The position numbers and the translations under genes are program-made. A DNA stretch of 64,000 bases from Cenococcum geophilum (Eukaryota). Of this stretch, positions 38,249 through 51,800 are shown piece by piece; the first letter of the stretch is position 1; every line of letters starts with the position of its first letter. The stretch is taken from the NCBI GenBank assembly GCA_050273025.1, contig CP158636.1, forward strand, positions 11,160,001 through 11,224,000. The letters are read 5' to 3'. The notes below the pieces were generated by a model. That model did not search any database. It was not told where the DNA came from and was given only the letters and a program-made list of their open reading frames with translations.

Positions 38249-39088
38249 ATGAGTCTTTCACCAGGTGAGCAATTGCCCATCCCAAGATCATCGCACAATG
38301 CGCGTTCGACTGCTGGCTTCAACAAAATGGCTGAGGCGAGCCCCCCAGCCTAGCTATATAGCTGCTCGGCCAGCATGTATAATACCGGCAGCGCACAGTC
38401 ATGCCTTTCCTTTTCGGCCAAAGTCTTCTCCATAGAGCCATGCTAATATGCAATTCTCACCTGATTTTTAGACGCCCTGGAGCGAATCGTTGCCGGAAAC
38501 AAGATCTACGCGAGGAAGATCATCGAACAGGATCCTCAATTCTTCAAGACACTGGCCACTAGCCAGAGTCCCGAAATTTTGTGGATTGGCTGCGCCGATA
38601 GTCGAGTCCCCGAAACCACAGTCTGCGACTGCAAACCTGGAGACATCTTCGTCCACCGCAACATCGCCAATTGTCTCCACGCCGACGACCTCAACGCCTC
38701 CAGCGTCATCGAATATGCGACTGCATATCTTAAAGTGAAAAAGATCGTAGTCTGCGGCCACACAAAATGCGGAGGAGCTAACGCTGCTCTTGGGGATGCC
38801 GATCTGGGCCCAACTCTCAACACGTGGCTGCTGCCATTGAGAGAGCTACGTAGGAAACACAAGGTAGAGCTGGAAAGCCTTGTAGACGACGATGCGAAAT
38901 CGATTCGACTTGCAGAACTGAACGTTCAGCAGTCTCTCGACGTGCTTCGCAAGCACCCGACTGTTAGCAAAGCGATCAATGAGCGCGGCCTTACACTGCA
39001 CGGGATGATATTTGATATTGCAGCAGGAGAATTGAGAGTCCTCAATGAGGCAAAGAAGGGCAATGGGCTATGGAGTGCCCCCCAATAA
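38249..39088 (+). CDS. NCE103: Beta-class carbonic anhydrase, 2 exons
   Basis: WIGCADSRVP, FVHRNIAN, VCGHTKCGG zinc ligands. Exon 1 ATGAGTCTTTCACCAG/GTGAGC (38249-38264) splices in phase to 38472. Confidence 0.92.
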
Positions 39089-39500
39089 GCGCCATACAGG
39101 AGTAAGCAAGATGCTAGTGGATTTAGCATAGAACTTGGATAGGTCATACGGCCCTTAGATGACGTATTCTTAGAGCATAGCCTTATTCCAGTCGTTTTTC
39201 AAACGCCAACAATTATCAGGATTTTCGTCTCTCATGCATTATCAAATTTTCCGTTTTTGGTGACTCAATGTGATCTAGGCGCTGACGAATAGAGCGCCCA
39301 CCTTCGGGCACTTACAAACTCCGATAGTAATCCGCTTTCCGCGTGCTCCCAAACTGGATATATATTCTTCAACTCTTCCCTCGGTGTTCGATACAACAAC
39401 AGTCAACGGACATTCTGGCCATCGACACATCTTTCAATCTTTCATACAGCTTTCAAGCGGCCCCCCCCAAGCTCTCAAGCTTTTCATCCAAACAAACAAC

Positions 39501-39704
39501 ATGATTGCTACTGCTTCTACCCTGGAGACTCCCCAACAAGCATCCAAACAGGGTTATGCCTCTACACGCCAATATTTCTTGGGGAGTGTGGAAACGGGCA
39601 ACCACGCATTTGCCCGGCCTCCCATCAGAGAGCCTCTTCCTCTTATTGACCGCGTTCCGCCAAGGAAATCAATTGAGCTCGGCTCCCGGCCAGCTGTTCT
39701 CTGA
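39501..39704 (+). CDS. Candidate 67-aa microprotein
   Basis: TATA-like box near 39358, CT-rich leader, AAACAACATG start context, and a downstream canonical intron at 39780-39847. No recognised domain. Confidence 0.3.
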   Translation: MIATASTLETPQQASKQGYASTRQYFLGSVETGNHAFARPPIREPLPLIDRVPPRKSIELGSRPAVL

Positions 39705-40323
39705 GGGTCAGATGGCCCGCCAAACTATATTTGCTTTTTCTTGGCGTTTTCAGTGCAGCAAGCCAGCACTTGAGCAGAGGTACGTGATTAAGCCCGAGAG
39801 TCCGATTTTTCGAATTCTAGTTGTTGGTCAAGCTGACTGATCTACAGGGTAATATGACATCGCAACGGCTAGGAGACGCGCGTGCTATAGATGTTACAGG
39901 AGTTACAGGAGTTACAGGAGTTAGGGTTTTAGAAATTCAAGAATCTTCTCGGAAACCCTGCAGATCGCGCCTTTAGTACCAAATCCTTAAATATTTTTAT
40001 CACTCCAAGCGGGACTTCTACGTGGTACAATTATTATCCCCGAATTGATTAGCCATACACCATGATCGTTCTTATCAATAGGCACATTCGTTGTCTTCGC
40101 ATTGGCCCATATGACGTCAATCTTCTGCAGTTCCCTAAAGGTGCTCTTAAACCGATACGCCCATCTTCTCCGTGACAGCTCAGACATAATTATGCAGCAT
40201 CCAGTCTCTCCATTAGTCAAAATTAGAGCCTTATATCCTCCTAGTCCAATTGGTTTCGAAGACTTGTAGGTTCCAAACACGAAAGATAAGCAAAACTGCT
40301 TGAGAAACACTCTGACTAGACTA

Positions 40324-40467
40324 TCCCTTCCCACGCTAGCGTCCACAGCTTGGCGCCAAGCCTATTAACATCAGTATCAGAGCCAAGCTTTCAGTTTAAC
40401 TAACGAAAGCCTGTGATTGGCCAAACCCTTATCGATATGCGTGGACGTAAACTAGCGTGGGAAGGGA
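40324..40467. mobile_element. MITE (144 bp), relative of the 9205 element
   Basis: 16-bp TIR TCCCTTCCCACGCTAG / CTAGCGTGGGAAGGGA with TA/TG flanks. Shares the subterminal TATCGATAAG..TTTGGCCAAT motif. Confidence 0.7.
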
Positions 40468-43400
40468 TGGCCTGTCCATGGCATGAAACTAACTGAAGCG
40501 CAAAAGATTCGACTGCAAGTATATACGAAGATGCGCCGTGGAACTTCCATGTTTAGACAATACTAACTACAATATAGATGCGGAAAGATCTTAACAGCGA
40601 TCAGCGATTTTCCCCATAATTCTGTACATCTCGATGAAGGTAGCCAAGACTAAGAACTCAGTCACCACTTTTTAAATAATTCGCAGAGCCTCTTGTCTTG
40701 TATAACATGATGAACTGGATCTGAGGATAAAAGAATGAATGAAGCTATGGAATCTAACTACGAGGAATATAGGCCTTGATATAGGCCTATATCTACGGGG
40801 TCCGGGGTGACTACTATGGATACTGAAGTAGTTGCTGCGGAGACCGAATAAGAAGGGACTCTGCTTATGTAAGCAGGAAACGCATGTGGAGGACTCCTCT
40901 AGTACCATCGTTACACCCCCTAGTGCTCCACCAAAACAGAAGCAGACCCTTCCTAAATTAGTATTGAACTTGTTTATATATAAAAGAAACACCTCGTAAT
41001 CCTCCGAGTGTATTATAGGTCCTTTTTAACCTCTCCCTGAGCTGTGATTGATTACCCGTCACGAGCTCTCTACATCATTCCCATCTGCGTGGCTCCGGAG
41101 GTAGTCCCTTAATCGTTCTTGTCCACTGATGCTGCAATAAAGCGTTTACGAATGCGTGGGCGAACGCAAGGGTAAGGTAGATGGCTTTTGCGGCCAGCTC
41201 CTTCCTTCCCGTCCTATGGAGTATGGTATAATTAAGCTGTGGCTTTGATCGCGTACGCGTGTTCGCCATGTCACGTGTATCGATTCTGTCCCTTGAGGGA
41301 GTCTTTTCCTGGCGGAGGTAGTCTCCTAGATTAGGAAGGTCTTGCTGGTCAAGACCTGCCTGTTTTTCGTCAGTAAGGGGAGGTCGATTGGGCTGTGGTG
41401 CGATATCGTGATCGCCAGAAGCACCCCCCGATAGTGAGGCCCTGGAGACCTCATCTGCCTCTTGAAATCTTCTGATAATATCTACGACTGGCTCATAGCT
41501 CAGTTCGTTATTGGTGAGGGGAGGTTGATTGAGCTGCAGTGCGATGTCGTGATCGCCAGAAGCACCCCCCGACTGCGAGTCACCCCCCGACTGCGAGGCC
41601 TCAGAGACCTCGTCTTCTTCCTGCAAGGCCCGAGAAGCCTCGCATCCTTCCTGCAGTGACCGAGAAGCCTCTTCCTGCGGTGACCGAGAAGCCTCTTCTG
41701 TCTCCTGCGAGGCCCGAGAGACCTTGTCTTCTTGCGGGGCCCGAGAGACCTTTGGTACAGCGTCCTTGGTAGGAAGTTCCTCAATAAGGCGCGGTGGTGC
41801 GGGATTGTCCAATAGGATAAATGAATTGAGACCGTTAATGCATGGAATGTAGGCTACTTCTGCCTGATCTTTAACGAGGTTAATTGTATTGTGGAGACCG
41901 TTAAAAAAGGCTCCCTTCCCCTATAGAACACTAAGCGAGACGATATTTGTAAAGAAGTTAGGACAGTGATATACTTTGGTAAGTATAATTGTATGGGCTG
42001 AGTGGTCAGTTCGGGCGACTGTAAGCTCGACTAATCTAACGCCAATGGCCTTTATTAGGCCTCCTCCCGTCTGGATTTGGAGAGGTTTAATTTCCTCATA
42101 CTGTACGAACCTCCTAATGTCGTTGCATATGTGAATATTTGAGCAACTATCGGCCATCTAGGAGTCCTTAATATTCGTTCCTGAAGCTGTAGCTGCTGGC
42201 CCAATAGCCTACGTGGCAAAGATTAAGCTAATTACCGAATTGGTAGCTTAAGAGGATTGATTGGATGTCCCCCTAGAGGCCTTATTCGTATTTAAGGCTG
42301 CTCCGTTTTAATTACCTCCGCTACCAGAGCGTTCGCTAGGCCTCCACCAGTCGGGCCTTAAGTGGGTGTGCTTTATCCAGCAGTAGTCCTCGCCACCTTA
42401 ATGTCTTTTCTTGCACTATCCGCACCTGTCTAAGGCATCCTCGGTAGGGCTCCGATCGCCTAATGAGGCACTGCGGTTATTAGGGCGGCCAGCTCCTTAA
42501 CCTCTGCCGCGACTATTGCCGCGTCCTTGACTGGGCTGCTCCTAATTAAATAAGGCGAAGCTATTGGCTAAGTCCTTCCGCTGAGCCTCGTTGGTGAGGT
42601 TAGCGATTAATTAAAGTAGTGGAATTAAATAGCCGTCGCGAATCTTATTACGTTGGATTTGAGCCCATATAGGGAAGTATTCGTTAACGGCGTTAATAAA
42701 TTGATAGATGATGATCTTGTTATCTAGGGCAAGCTTTACCTACTTAACTCCTTAAACCGCTTCTTAATAACGGCTTAAGAAAGTAGTAATTGCTTGGTCC
42801 GATTAATAGCGGAGCTTAATAAAAGTCTCCTATACGTTGGCTTTATGGATCAAGCCACGAGCCTCGAACGATTGCTTAAGGTAATTAATATAGTCCTTCG
42901 CCGTCTGCTTGTGCTCTAAGGCAGTAAGGATCTTATTGTTAATTGTACTAAGGATGACTGAACAGACTTTGCCGTTTTCCTTGCTGTACTGTTTGAACTC
43001 TTTATTGTACTCGTTGGAGAGTTCCTTATTAGTTAAGCGAATCAAATCGTTAGCTTCTGTAATAATTTGTGACTGCTTAAGGATCTCGTCTCGCTCCTTC
43101 TTGTCGGCGCCTTTTGATACTTGATCGATAGATATTGTAGGCTTTTCTTCCTGGAGCTTTGGGTGGAGTGGGGCTGTATCTTCTTGAATGATGTGCAGAA
43201 GGCCCTCACCACGTAGGTACGTGCTGAGCTGCGTCCAATATTGGGGCCAATTTGAACCGTCTTTCTTGAGGCGCTAAATGCCTGGATAGTCTTTACCTAT
43301 AGCGACGCGTAAATAAACGAATTTAACGCGTAAATTTGATAATAAAAAATGACTTTGCACGGGTGTGGTAACCCTTTATACGGCCTTTGGTAAGGCATTA

Positions 43401-44094
43401 AATATAGAACAGTAAGATATGACCTAGTATGGGTGTGGTAACCCTTTATGCAACCTTTGGTAAGGTGTTAATATTCTAAACTGTTAAATAGCTGAACCGT
43501 CGCAGCTTGGTAGTAACGAGTGCTTATAACCTAATGAACTGGATCTGAGAATAAAAGAATGAATGAAGCTATGGAATCTAACTACGAGGAATATAGGCCT
43601 TGATATAGGCCTATATCTACGGGGTCCGGGGTGACTACTACGGATACCGAAGTAGTTGCTGCGGAGACCGAATTTGTCTCGTTCCCAGACCTTCTTGCCA
43701 AGGCTTATCTTGCCAAGCCGCTAGCCGCTTTTGGCAAGACCTTCGTTAGAAGGTCTGGTACACGGTTTGGATTTTTGTTAGTCCCGCGCGGGGTATTTAG
43801 GCCTATATACACCTACTTTAAGCCAAATTGTCTTAACTTCTATAGCTCCCTAAGCTATTCCTAATGGCTAGAATTACCAAATTAAACCTGGCGAAGAAGA
43901 CTACGTTGCCCGATTTGCCCAATTCCAATTTGTTATCTCATTGTCGCGCCCAACGCCCCCGAGTCGTAGCAGCCGCACCTTTCCCACAACCTCTTCCTAC
44001 CGCAGCCAGAGTACCTAAACCGACGAGCCAGCTTTAAATAATAACTAAGGACTACTAGTAGGTATAGATTTGCTTTATAGAAGGGGGTAAGCTT

Positions 44095-44692
44095 TAGGTA
44101 GAGCCTCGCGCAGAGCTTTAATAAAGCCTTATGTAGAGCTTTAGTAGAGGCTTACGCAGAGCCCTACGCAGAGCTCCGCGTAGAGCTTCGTGCAGAGCTT
44201 CTGCAGAGCTTCGTGCAGAGCTTCTGCAGAGCTTCGTGCAGAGCTTCTGCAGAGCTTCGTGCAGAGCTTCGTGCAGAGCTTCGTGCAGAGCTTCGTGCAG
44301 AGCTTCGTGCAGAGCTTCGTGCAGAGCTTCGTGCAGAGCTTCGTGCAGAGCTTCGTGCAGAGCCTCGTGCAGAGCTTCGTGCAGAGCCTCGTGCAGAGCT
44401 TCGTGCAGAGCCTCGTGCAGAGCTTCGTGTAGAGCCTCGTGCAGAGCTTCGTGTAGAGCCTCGTGCAGAGCTTCGTGCAGAGCCTCGTGCAGAGCTTCGT
44501 GCAGAGCCTCGTGCAGAGCTTTGAGCAGAGCCTTGTGCAGAGCTTTGAGGAGCTTTAAGCAGAGCTTTAAGCAGAGCTTCGAGTAGAGCTTTAAGTAGAG
44601 CTTCGAGCGGAGCTTTGTGTAGAGCCTTATATAGAGCTTTATATAGAGCCTTGTATAGAACTTTATATAGAGCCTTATATAGAGCTTTATAT
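44095..44692. repeat. 12-bp minisatellite (GTGCAGAGCTTC)n, about 50 units
   Basis: Direct reading. Gives repetitive ORFs (RASC, RAEL, QSFV) in all three frames. Confidence 0.95.
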
Positions 44693-44794
44693 AAATATAT
44701 AGGCGTATAAATATATATTTTTATACTAGTAATTAATTATAGAATTTATAGAAATAATTATATAGGAAATTATATAGATATTTATTTATTTATT

Positions 44795-45600
44795 TATAGT
44801 AAGGCTAATAATACTATACGGCTCCTAGATCTAGGGCCTAGGACTAGGTAGTAAGGTATTAATAAAAAGCTCCTTAGCGCTATTAGCTAAGCTATAAAAC
44901 TAGTACCTATATAGAACTATAGGGGTTTATAAGAGAACACTACGCGCTATACTAGAACATAAAGTAGTAGTTCTACTAGTAGACTTATATATTAATATAA
45001 CTACTATATAGAGAATAGTTATAATATAAGGCTACTTAGTAAAAGAAAATATATACTAAATACTAAAACGTATATAAGGATTAAGGGCCCCTTAAAAAGG
45101 TAATACGCCTAAGTATACTAGCTAGAAAGCCCTCTACCTATAGGTAATAAAGAAAGAAAAGAAAATATAGGAACTACTAGCTTACTAGGTGGAGACCTAG
45201 CGCTATACTAGTAGAGTACTACTATAGTAATAGAGGATAAGAGGTTATTAATATAGATAGAGATCTACTATACTTATTACAAAATAGGTAGACCTTAAAT
45301 AGAAGCGATAATAGAAGGAGGTAGTAAAAATATAAGACGTAGCTATATAGAATACCCTATAGTTAATACTAATACTCCTCCTATATAAAGGACTAATAAA
45401 GGTAAAATCTATATCCGCCTTCCTACTATAAATAGAGATTTTAAGCCTAAATATATAGCTAATAAGTATCTATATTCTAAATACTATACCTTAATACACT
45501 TATAGATAGCCTATTTAGTTAGTATACTATATACTACTTTTTTATAGCTACTACTTAGTAAGGTACTAGCTATTTACTAGTATAGGTATAAATAATATTA
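44795..45600 (+). mobile_element. LINE family A (Tad1-like) ORF2 3' fragment, RIPed
   Basis: Homologous to 55360-55654 plus 61235-61850. De-RIPed reading gives VRP.MLYGSQIW..LQNQCLRR..GAY..TP.AVLE.EAAV.P.DLY, typical of the post-RT region. Confidence 0.75.
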
Positions 45601-46560
45601 TTTATATTTTCGCTACCTCCTTTTATTATCGCTTCTATTTAAGATCTGCCTATCTTATAATTAGTGTAGTAGATTTCTATCTATATTAGTAACCTTTTAT
45701 CCTCTATTACCATTATAGCGCTCTACTAGTATAGCGTTAGGTCTCCGCCTAGTAAGCTAATAGTTTCTATATTTCCTTTTCTCTCTTTATTATTTATAGG
45801 TAGTAGGCTTCCTAGCCAGTATATTTAGGCGTATTACCTCTTTAAGGGGCTATCGCTTTTTATATATATATCTCGTTCCTTATATATATATTCTTCTAGT
45901 AGGTAGCCTTATACTATAACTACTCTCTATATAGTAGTTAAGTTACTATATAAGTCTAGTAGTAGAACTACTACTTCGCGTTCTAGTATAGCGCGTAGTA
46001 TTCTTCTATAAGCCCCTATAGTTCTATATAGGTACTAGTTTTATAGCTTAGCTAGTAGCGCTAGGGAGCTTTTTACTAGTACCTTACCGCCTAGTCCTAA
46101 GCCCTAGATTTAGAAGCCGTATAGCATTATTAGCCTTACTACTATTATATATAGTAGGCGTATATATTTAAAAGAGGGTCCTTATATTAAAGTAGTAATT
46201 TATAATACTACCAAAAATACTACTACTTCTTTATAAGTCGCCTATATAATATACTTGTTTTAGTTTAACCTAGAGTCTATTTAAACCTCTAAGACCTTAA
46301 GGGTAGCTTCTAGTTTTACTTCGCAGCTCTAGATATTTACTATTAAGGCTAGGTCGCTACTTACCCTTTTTTCCCTTATAAAGTAGATAAACTAGTAATT
46401 ATCTAGTACGAATTTAGCGCTATATTGTTTTGCCTATATAATGTACCTATTATATGCCTAGTTTAGCCTAGTATAGTTTTCTACTACTATATTTCCCTAT
46501 ATATAATTAGGTTTATATTATCTATAAATTCTAGGACTATTATATCCTAGCTATTATTAT

Positions 46561-47666
46561 TATTATTTATTTATTCTATTTATTGCCTAATTTAGTCCCT
46601 TTACTAGGTCTATATAAGCTTCTACCTTCTATTTATAGGAAAAATCCCTAATAAGGGAAAAACCTAGGTGTATCCTTTTAGTTAGTCTTACGCACTCTAC
46701 CTACGCCTAGCCTATTTACCTTTATAATATATTTACCTTTTATACTATACTTCTAAGGTATCTTAGAAGGTCTAGAGGGTAGTAAGAGGGTATAGTAAGT
46801 CGCCTATAAGCCGCCTTTAGCTTAGTAGGGTTGTTTAGTCCCTAAGGGGCTAAAAAGGGGCGTATCTCCCTATGTCCTCCTATTAGATCTTATACACTAT
46901 CTAAAACTACTAGAGGACTTCTTAACCTATAAACTATTATACTGTTTTATATAGGCCCCTACTTATAAATAGTATTTAGGTAATATTATTTATACCCGCT
47001 ATAGTAAATAGCTAGTCTTTTACTATATAGTAGTTATAGAAAAGTATTATATAGCGTACTAACTATATAGGCTATTTATACGTATAGTATAGTATAGTAT
47101 TTAGGATATAGATGCTTGCTAGATATACGTTTAGTTCTAAGACCTCTATCTATAGTAAAAAGGCGGCTTTAAATTCTGCCTTTATCTATCCTTTATATAG
47201 GGAGAAAGTTAATATTATTTATAGAGTGCTCCACGTAGTTCCTCTCTACGCTTTTACCGCCTTCTTTTAGTATCGTTTCTACTTAATATCTACCTATCTT
47301 GCGATGTATATAGTAGATCTCCACTTATACTAGTGGCCCTATATCCTCTATTATTATTATAGTGCTTTACTAGCGTAGCGCTAAGTGTTATAGTAGCTCT
47401 TATATTTCCTATTCTCTTTCTACTACTTATAAATAGAGGGCTTTTTAACTTATAAGCTTAGGCATAATGCTTCTTTATAGGGCCCTTGCTCCTTATATAC
47501 GCTCTACTATCTAGTATATCTCCTTCTCTACTAGGTAGCCTTATACTATAGATGCCCTCTATATAGTAGTTGCTTCTATATATATCTAGTAACAATATTA
47601 CTACTTTACGTTTTATTATGGTATATAGTGTCCTTTTATAGGCCCTTATAATTCTATATAGCTATT
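46561..47666 (-). mobile_element. 5'-truncated LINE family A copy with (AAT)n tail
   Basis: 17-bp duplication ATCCTAGCTATTATTAT at 46544-46560 and 47667-47683. Inverted homology to the 3' end of the copy ending near 62258. Confidence 0.75.
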
Positions 47667-48851
47667 ATCCTAGCTATTATTATATATCTTTAGTAGTTTA
47701 GATATAAAGAAAATAATTAGAATTAGAAATAGGGGTAATCCCTATATAATACCTATAGGTATTAGTATTAATTCGCTTTTATAGCCCTTAATTATAATTT
47801 TTATAGTACGCCCTATTAGAAAGGCTTAGATAAACTTAATTATCTAGTTTAGTAGGCCTTTATTTCTTAGGATTTATAAAAGTCTCTTATATAATATATT
47901 ATTAAATATTCCGCTTAGGTCTAGGCTTAGTATAGATATAATATATCCTAGGTAAGCTTAGTATACCGCTTAAATACTAGAGGTAATTAGAAAGAGGGCT
48001 AAAAGGGTTAATCTTTTCTTTCTTATGCCTATTTATATCTACGGTAGTAGCTTTTATGCTTCTGCCGCTTCTTATATACATTTTATAACTATCTTTTTCA
48101 AAAGCCTTTTTAAGGTTAGTATCTTTCTAAAATAGAGTTTTTTTTTAAATACCTTTTATAAGACGACTATAGTTATTACTTTAAAGTATTTAGGTAGTTT
48201 GCCTCTTTAAAGGTAGGTAGTTACGACGTTAGCAAATAGTATTACTACCGCTTTTACTACGGCTTTAATTGCCTTATTTAGGGTCTTATTTAGCCTTAAC
48301 GCTTTACTAGTAGGGCGCTTTTATATAGCGTCCTTTATTTCTTTTACTAATATTATATAACTTATATTAATAGGTAAGGGGTAGAATTAGCTACTAATAT
48401 TCTATAGGTCTGTTTAGCCCACGCCTAGAAAAAACTTCTACTAATATTTTAATATTTTCCTTGTTATTATTTATATACTAGTCCTATTCTATCTAGTAAA
48501 GTATAAGTAGGTAAAAGTCCCCTAGCGTCTCTTTAGCAGCTTACCTACTTTACTTTAATATATACTAGAGTCCCTTATTATATAGTTTAGTAGGGTTTAA
48601 GATAATTTCTTCTAGAAATTAGCGCTAGCTATTTCTACTCTCCTTTTATATTATTTTCTTAAGCCTATTCTTTAGGGCCTTATAGCTCTATTAGTAGTAG
48701 GCTTTATTTATTATACTATACTATTACCTTGCCCTTTTTACGCCTATAAGTAGTTAGGCCGTTTCTAGTAACTTTTTACAATAGGCGTATTTTTTAGGCT
48801 AGGCCTTTAGGTAGTATTCTTTTAAGTAGTTACTTATAATCCTTTAGATAT

Positions 48852-51800
48852 TGTTAGTGTTATAGGGTAACTCATCAATGCTACTTAAGTAGATATAGTG
48901 AATGTTGGTTACAAAGCTTATTGTTTAGAATTAGGGGGTGGGTGAGGAACCTAAGGTTCCTTACCACGCTAGTGCCGCGGCGATACGTAACGATACGTGA
49001 CGACCGCTTGCCTTATTCCCGACACTAGCAACTCTTTTTTTATAGTTACCATCTATATACACTTGTAAATTGCTACTATATAAAAATATAAAGCTAAGGA
49101 GAAGAAGAAGAAGAAATGAAGGGGAAGAGGTAGCGTAGGTAGATATATGGGTTTGTGCGAAGATATTAGTTCTGCTTACCGCTCTTAGCCAAGCTAATGG
49201 CGATTTTCTATCCCAGGGATAGAAAATCCTAATTAGCCAGCTTAACAAATAGCGTTAGTAGAACTCTATACCGCTACCTGAATTAATTAGGCGCGGCGCT
49301 CTTGGTAAGAATCTAACTAATTAGATAACTTTAACCAGCGGTCGAAGTTCTATAAGATCTTAACTTCTCTAAATTTCCCTTTTAACCTAACCTTTAACTT
49401 ATATATATAGAGTATTTATATTAACAAACGTCTCTAGTGCCTTATTTAGGTTTACCTTCGTTATTACATCTACTAGGTTATCTTAGCTATTAATTTATTA
49501 GATCTTAAAGAGTTCTTAACGCTTATAGGACTGCTAAAGTGCCATAATATTGATTATAAGGCGCTTTTTCTTTATAGTACTAAGCTTAACTAAATACTTA
49601 TAGAGGGAATATAAGTTAGTGTATATAATTGTAGGGATAATAGGAAGTTTGAGTTAATCTGTAATTATCTTAAGGGTAGTTCCAATTACAATTGCTATAT
49701 TAACTCTACTAACTATTCTATATATCTCTAACGCTAGAACGCTTTAAGTAATATATTTACTCTTAGTTAAGCTCTAATAGATAAGATTGCCGTGGATTGT
49801 AAAATCATTCTCTTTAGTAGATTTGTTTACTATAATAATTTTATATTCTAGCTAAAAGCTAAAATCTTTATTATTTATAAACGATTTATTAATAAATACA
49901 AATAGCTTAGTGGTAGGAAGATTAATAGGTATATAGAGTAGTCCCCGATCAAGATAGTTTATTTACTAGAAAAGACGCTTATTTAGGTTAAAAACATTAT
50001 CCTTAGTTAGTTTCTGGTGTTGGGCGGCAATAGAGAGATTAAAGGAAGCTTTAGGTTAATAAATAGAAGCTATATAAGCTTTATAAGCGCGTTACTCCAC
50101 ATATCCTTACTTTAGAGAATTAACATTAATAACGTTGATCTTCTTACCTTAACCTTTCTAGCGTAGGGCAATAGAATTCTTGTTTAGGGAAATGATATAT
50201 TTATTAAAGAGTAATGGTGTTATTAAATTAAGTCTTTCCTTTGGCTTTACTATAAGGTTTACCTTTACTAGCTTATCTTCTTTAAGAGCTAAGAATTAGT
50301 TGTCTCCTAAGATAATTATATCGTCTATTTATATGCCAACGATTCTAAATGGAGTTCCTGTAGCTGTAATAAGGAAGTAGGGATTAAATATAGAAGTAGT
50401 TATTAAAAGCTTTTCTTTGTAGTGCTTGCTATAAGTAGCCTATTAATAAGTTCCTGCCTCTATAATTCTATATAGTGGCTTAAGTATAACCATAATTGTA
50501 TCTTTGGGATATTAGTGGCGAATTTGCTTTAAAAGGTATGCTAGTATTAAGCGCTAAAGGCGTGTTTTTGATTGGGTATAGGCCTAGGTAATATCTTATA
50601 AATAAACCGCCATTCTATTTTTTATTAAGGAGGGAGCTAGCGTAATAATAACTTGCTAACTAGCTTGTTAAATTATAGGGGATTACATAAGAATTACTTC
50701 CTTGCCGTTATTATTATAACCTTAAATAACTAGCCTTAACTTCTTAAATGGGGTATTAGTAGCTTTACCTTTAATCTTATTAACTATTCTTAACCTAAAT
50801 ATATAAACCCTATTAAACTTAGTAGAGTTATACTTCTTAAACTTAAAGACTCCTCTTGTAATAAGACCGTTAATCTCCTACTTATTAGATGCTTGGAAAG
50901 GAGCTCCTAGAGTTATAATACGGCCTTTCTTTTAGAGCTATTTTGCAAGCTTAAAGTTAGCCTTCTCTTTAGCTGTTATAAAGGCCATTAATAGCTTGAC
51001 TCTATTCTTAATAGTGGCAACGAGTTGCTCTTTGAAATTAATAAGGTGTTGGCGGTTTTATAATCCCTTTAGGCGACCTCTACCGCGTTGTGGTTGCGGC
51101 GTATCTACTATAGTTATATTAGGGTTATAGTTGCCTTTTAGGGCACGTTGATTATAGTTCTCCTCTAGGGCATCTCCTAGGGTATCTTCTAGGGTATCCT
51201 ATAAAGGCTTGGAACTATTATCTTTATAATAAGGCTTAATAATAGTTAAATGGAATTAAGTAGGTTTATGGGGCATCTAAAGAGTATAAGTTTGACTATT
51301 AATTATAATAAGTTTATATGGGCCTGACTATTCTCCCTTTTTATACTATACGCGTACTTTAGATTGGAGTGGCAGATTGAGCGTAGTTAAGGTATTTAGG
51401 CTATTTCTTATTCCTAGTACGTTGTTAACCTGGCGCGTAGCGTAGAGATATCGCACCTTCTTTATTGCCTTGTGAATTGCCTTAGCTTATTATATAATGG
51501 AGGGAGATAGTAGAGAATCGTTAGTTATTTAAGGGTAGGCGCTAAAGACTAGTAATGTAGGTATAAGCCTATCTGGGCTAGCGGTATTATTAATAGCCTT
51601 AACAGCTATTTGTAGGATAAGCTCTTCGCTAGTACCCTCTAGTTCTGAAGAAATAATCTTATATACGCGGCGTAATGGCGTATAGTATTATTCTACCTTT
51701 CTGACACTATTATATGCCTTAACGGGGACTTCCTTAACCTTAATTGTTATTGCCTTTGCCTATTATTAAAACTCCGCAAATAAGAAGTTTTTTCCTGCGT

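Noticed and set aside
18168..39088. Secondary-metabolite gene cluster (SDR, ALDH, GMC, thiolase)
   Set aside because: No PKS, NRPS or terpene synthase, transporter or cluster regulator; the genes are interspersed with unrelated loci.
39893..39926. (GTTACAGGA)x3 followed by TTAGGG
   Set aside because: Too short; a single TTAGGG is not telomeric evidence.
44095..44692. CRISPR array or telomere repeat
   Set aside because: Contiguous 12-bp units with no spacers, not TTAGGG, and the context is a eukaryotic interstitial region.
44750..44780. Possible TSD around the whole LINE cluster (AATAATTATATAGG..TTATATAG, also near 62250)
   Set aside because: Low-complexity AT-rich match with mismatches; it cannot be told from chance by eye.
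44795..45540. A novel Cys-rich cargo gene repeated inside the DNA element
   Set aside because: In the correct frame it is contiguous with LINE reverse transcriptase and ends in a microsatellite tail, so it is LINE ORF2 3' sequence.
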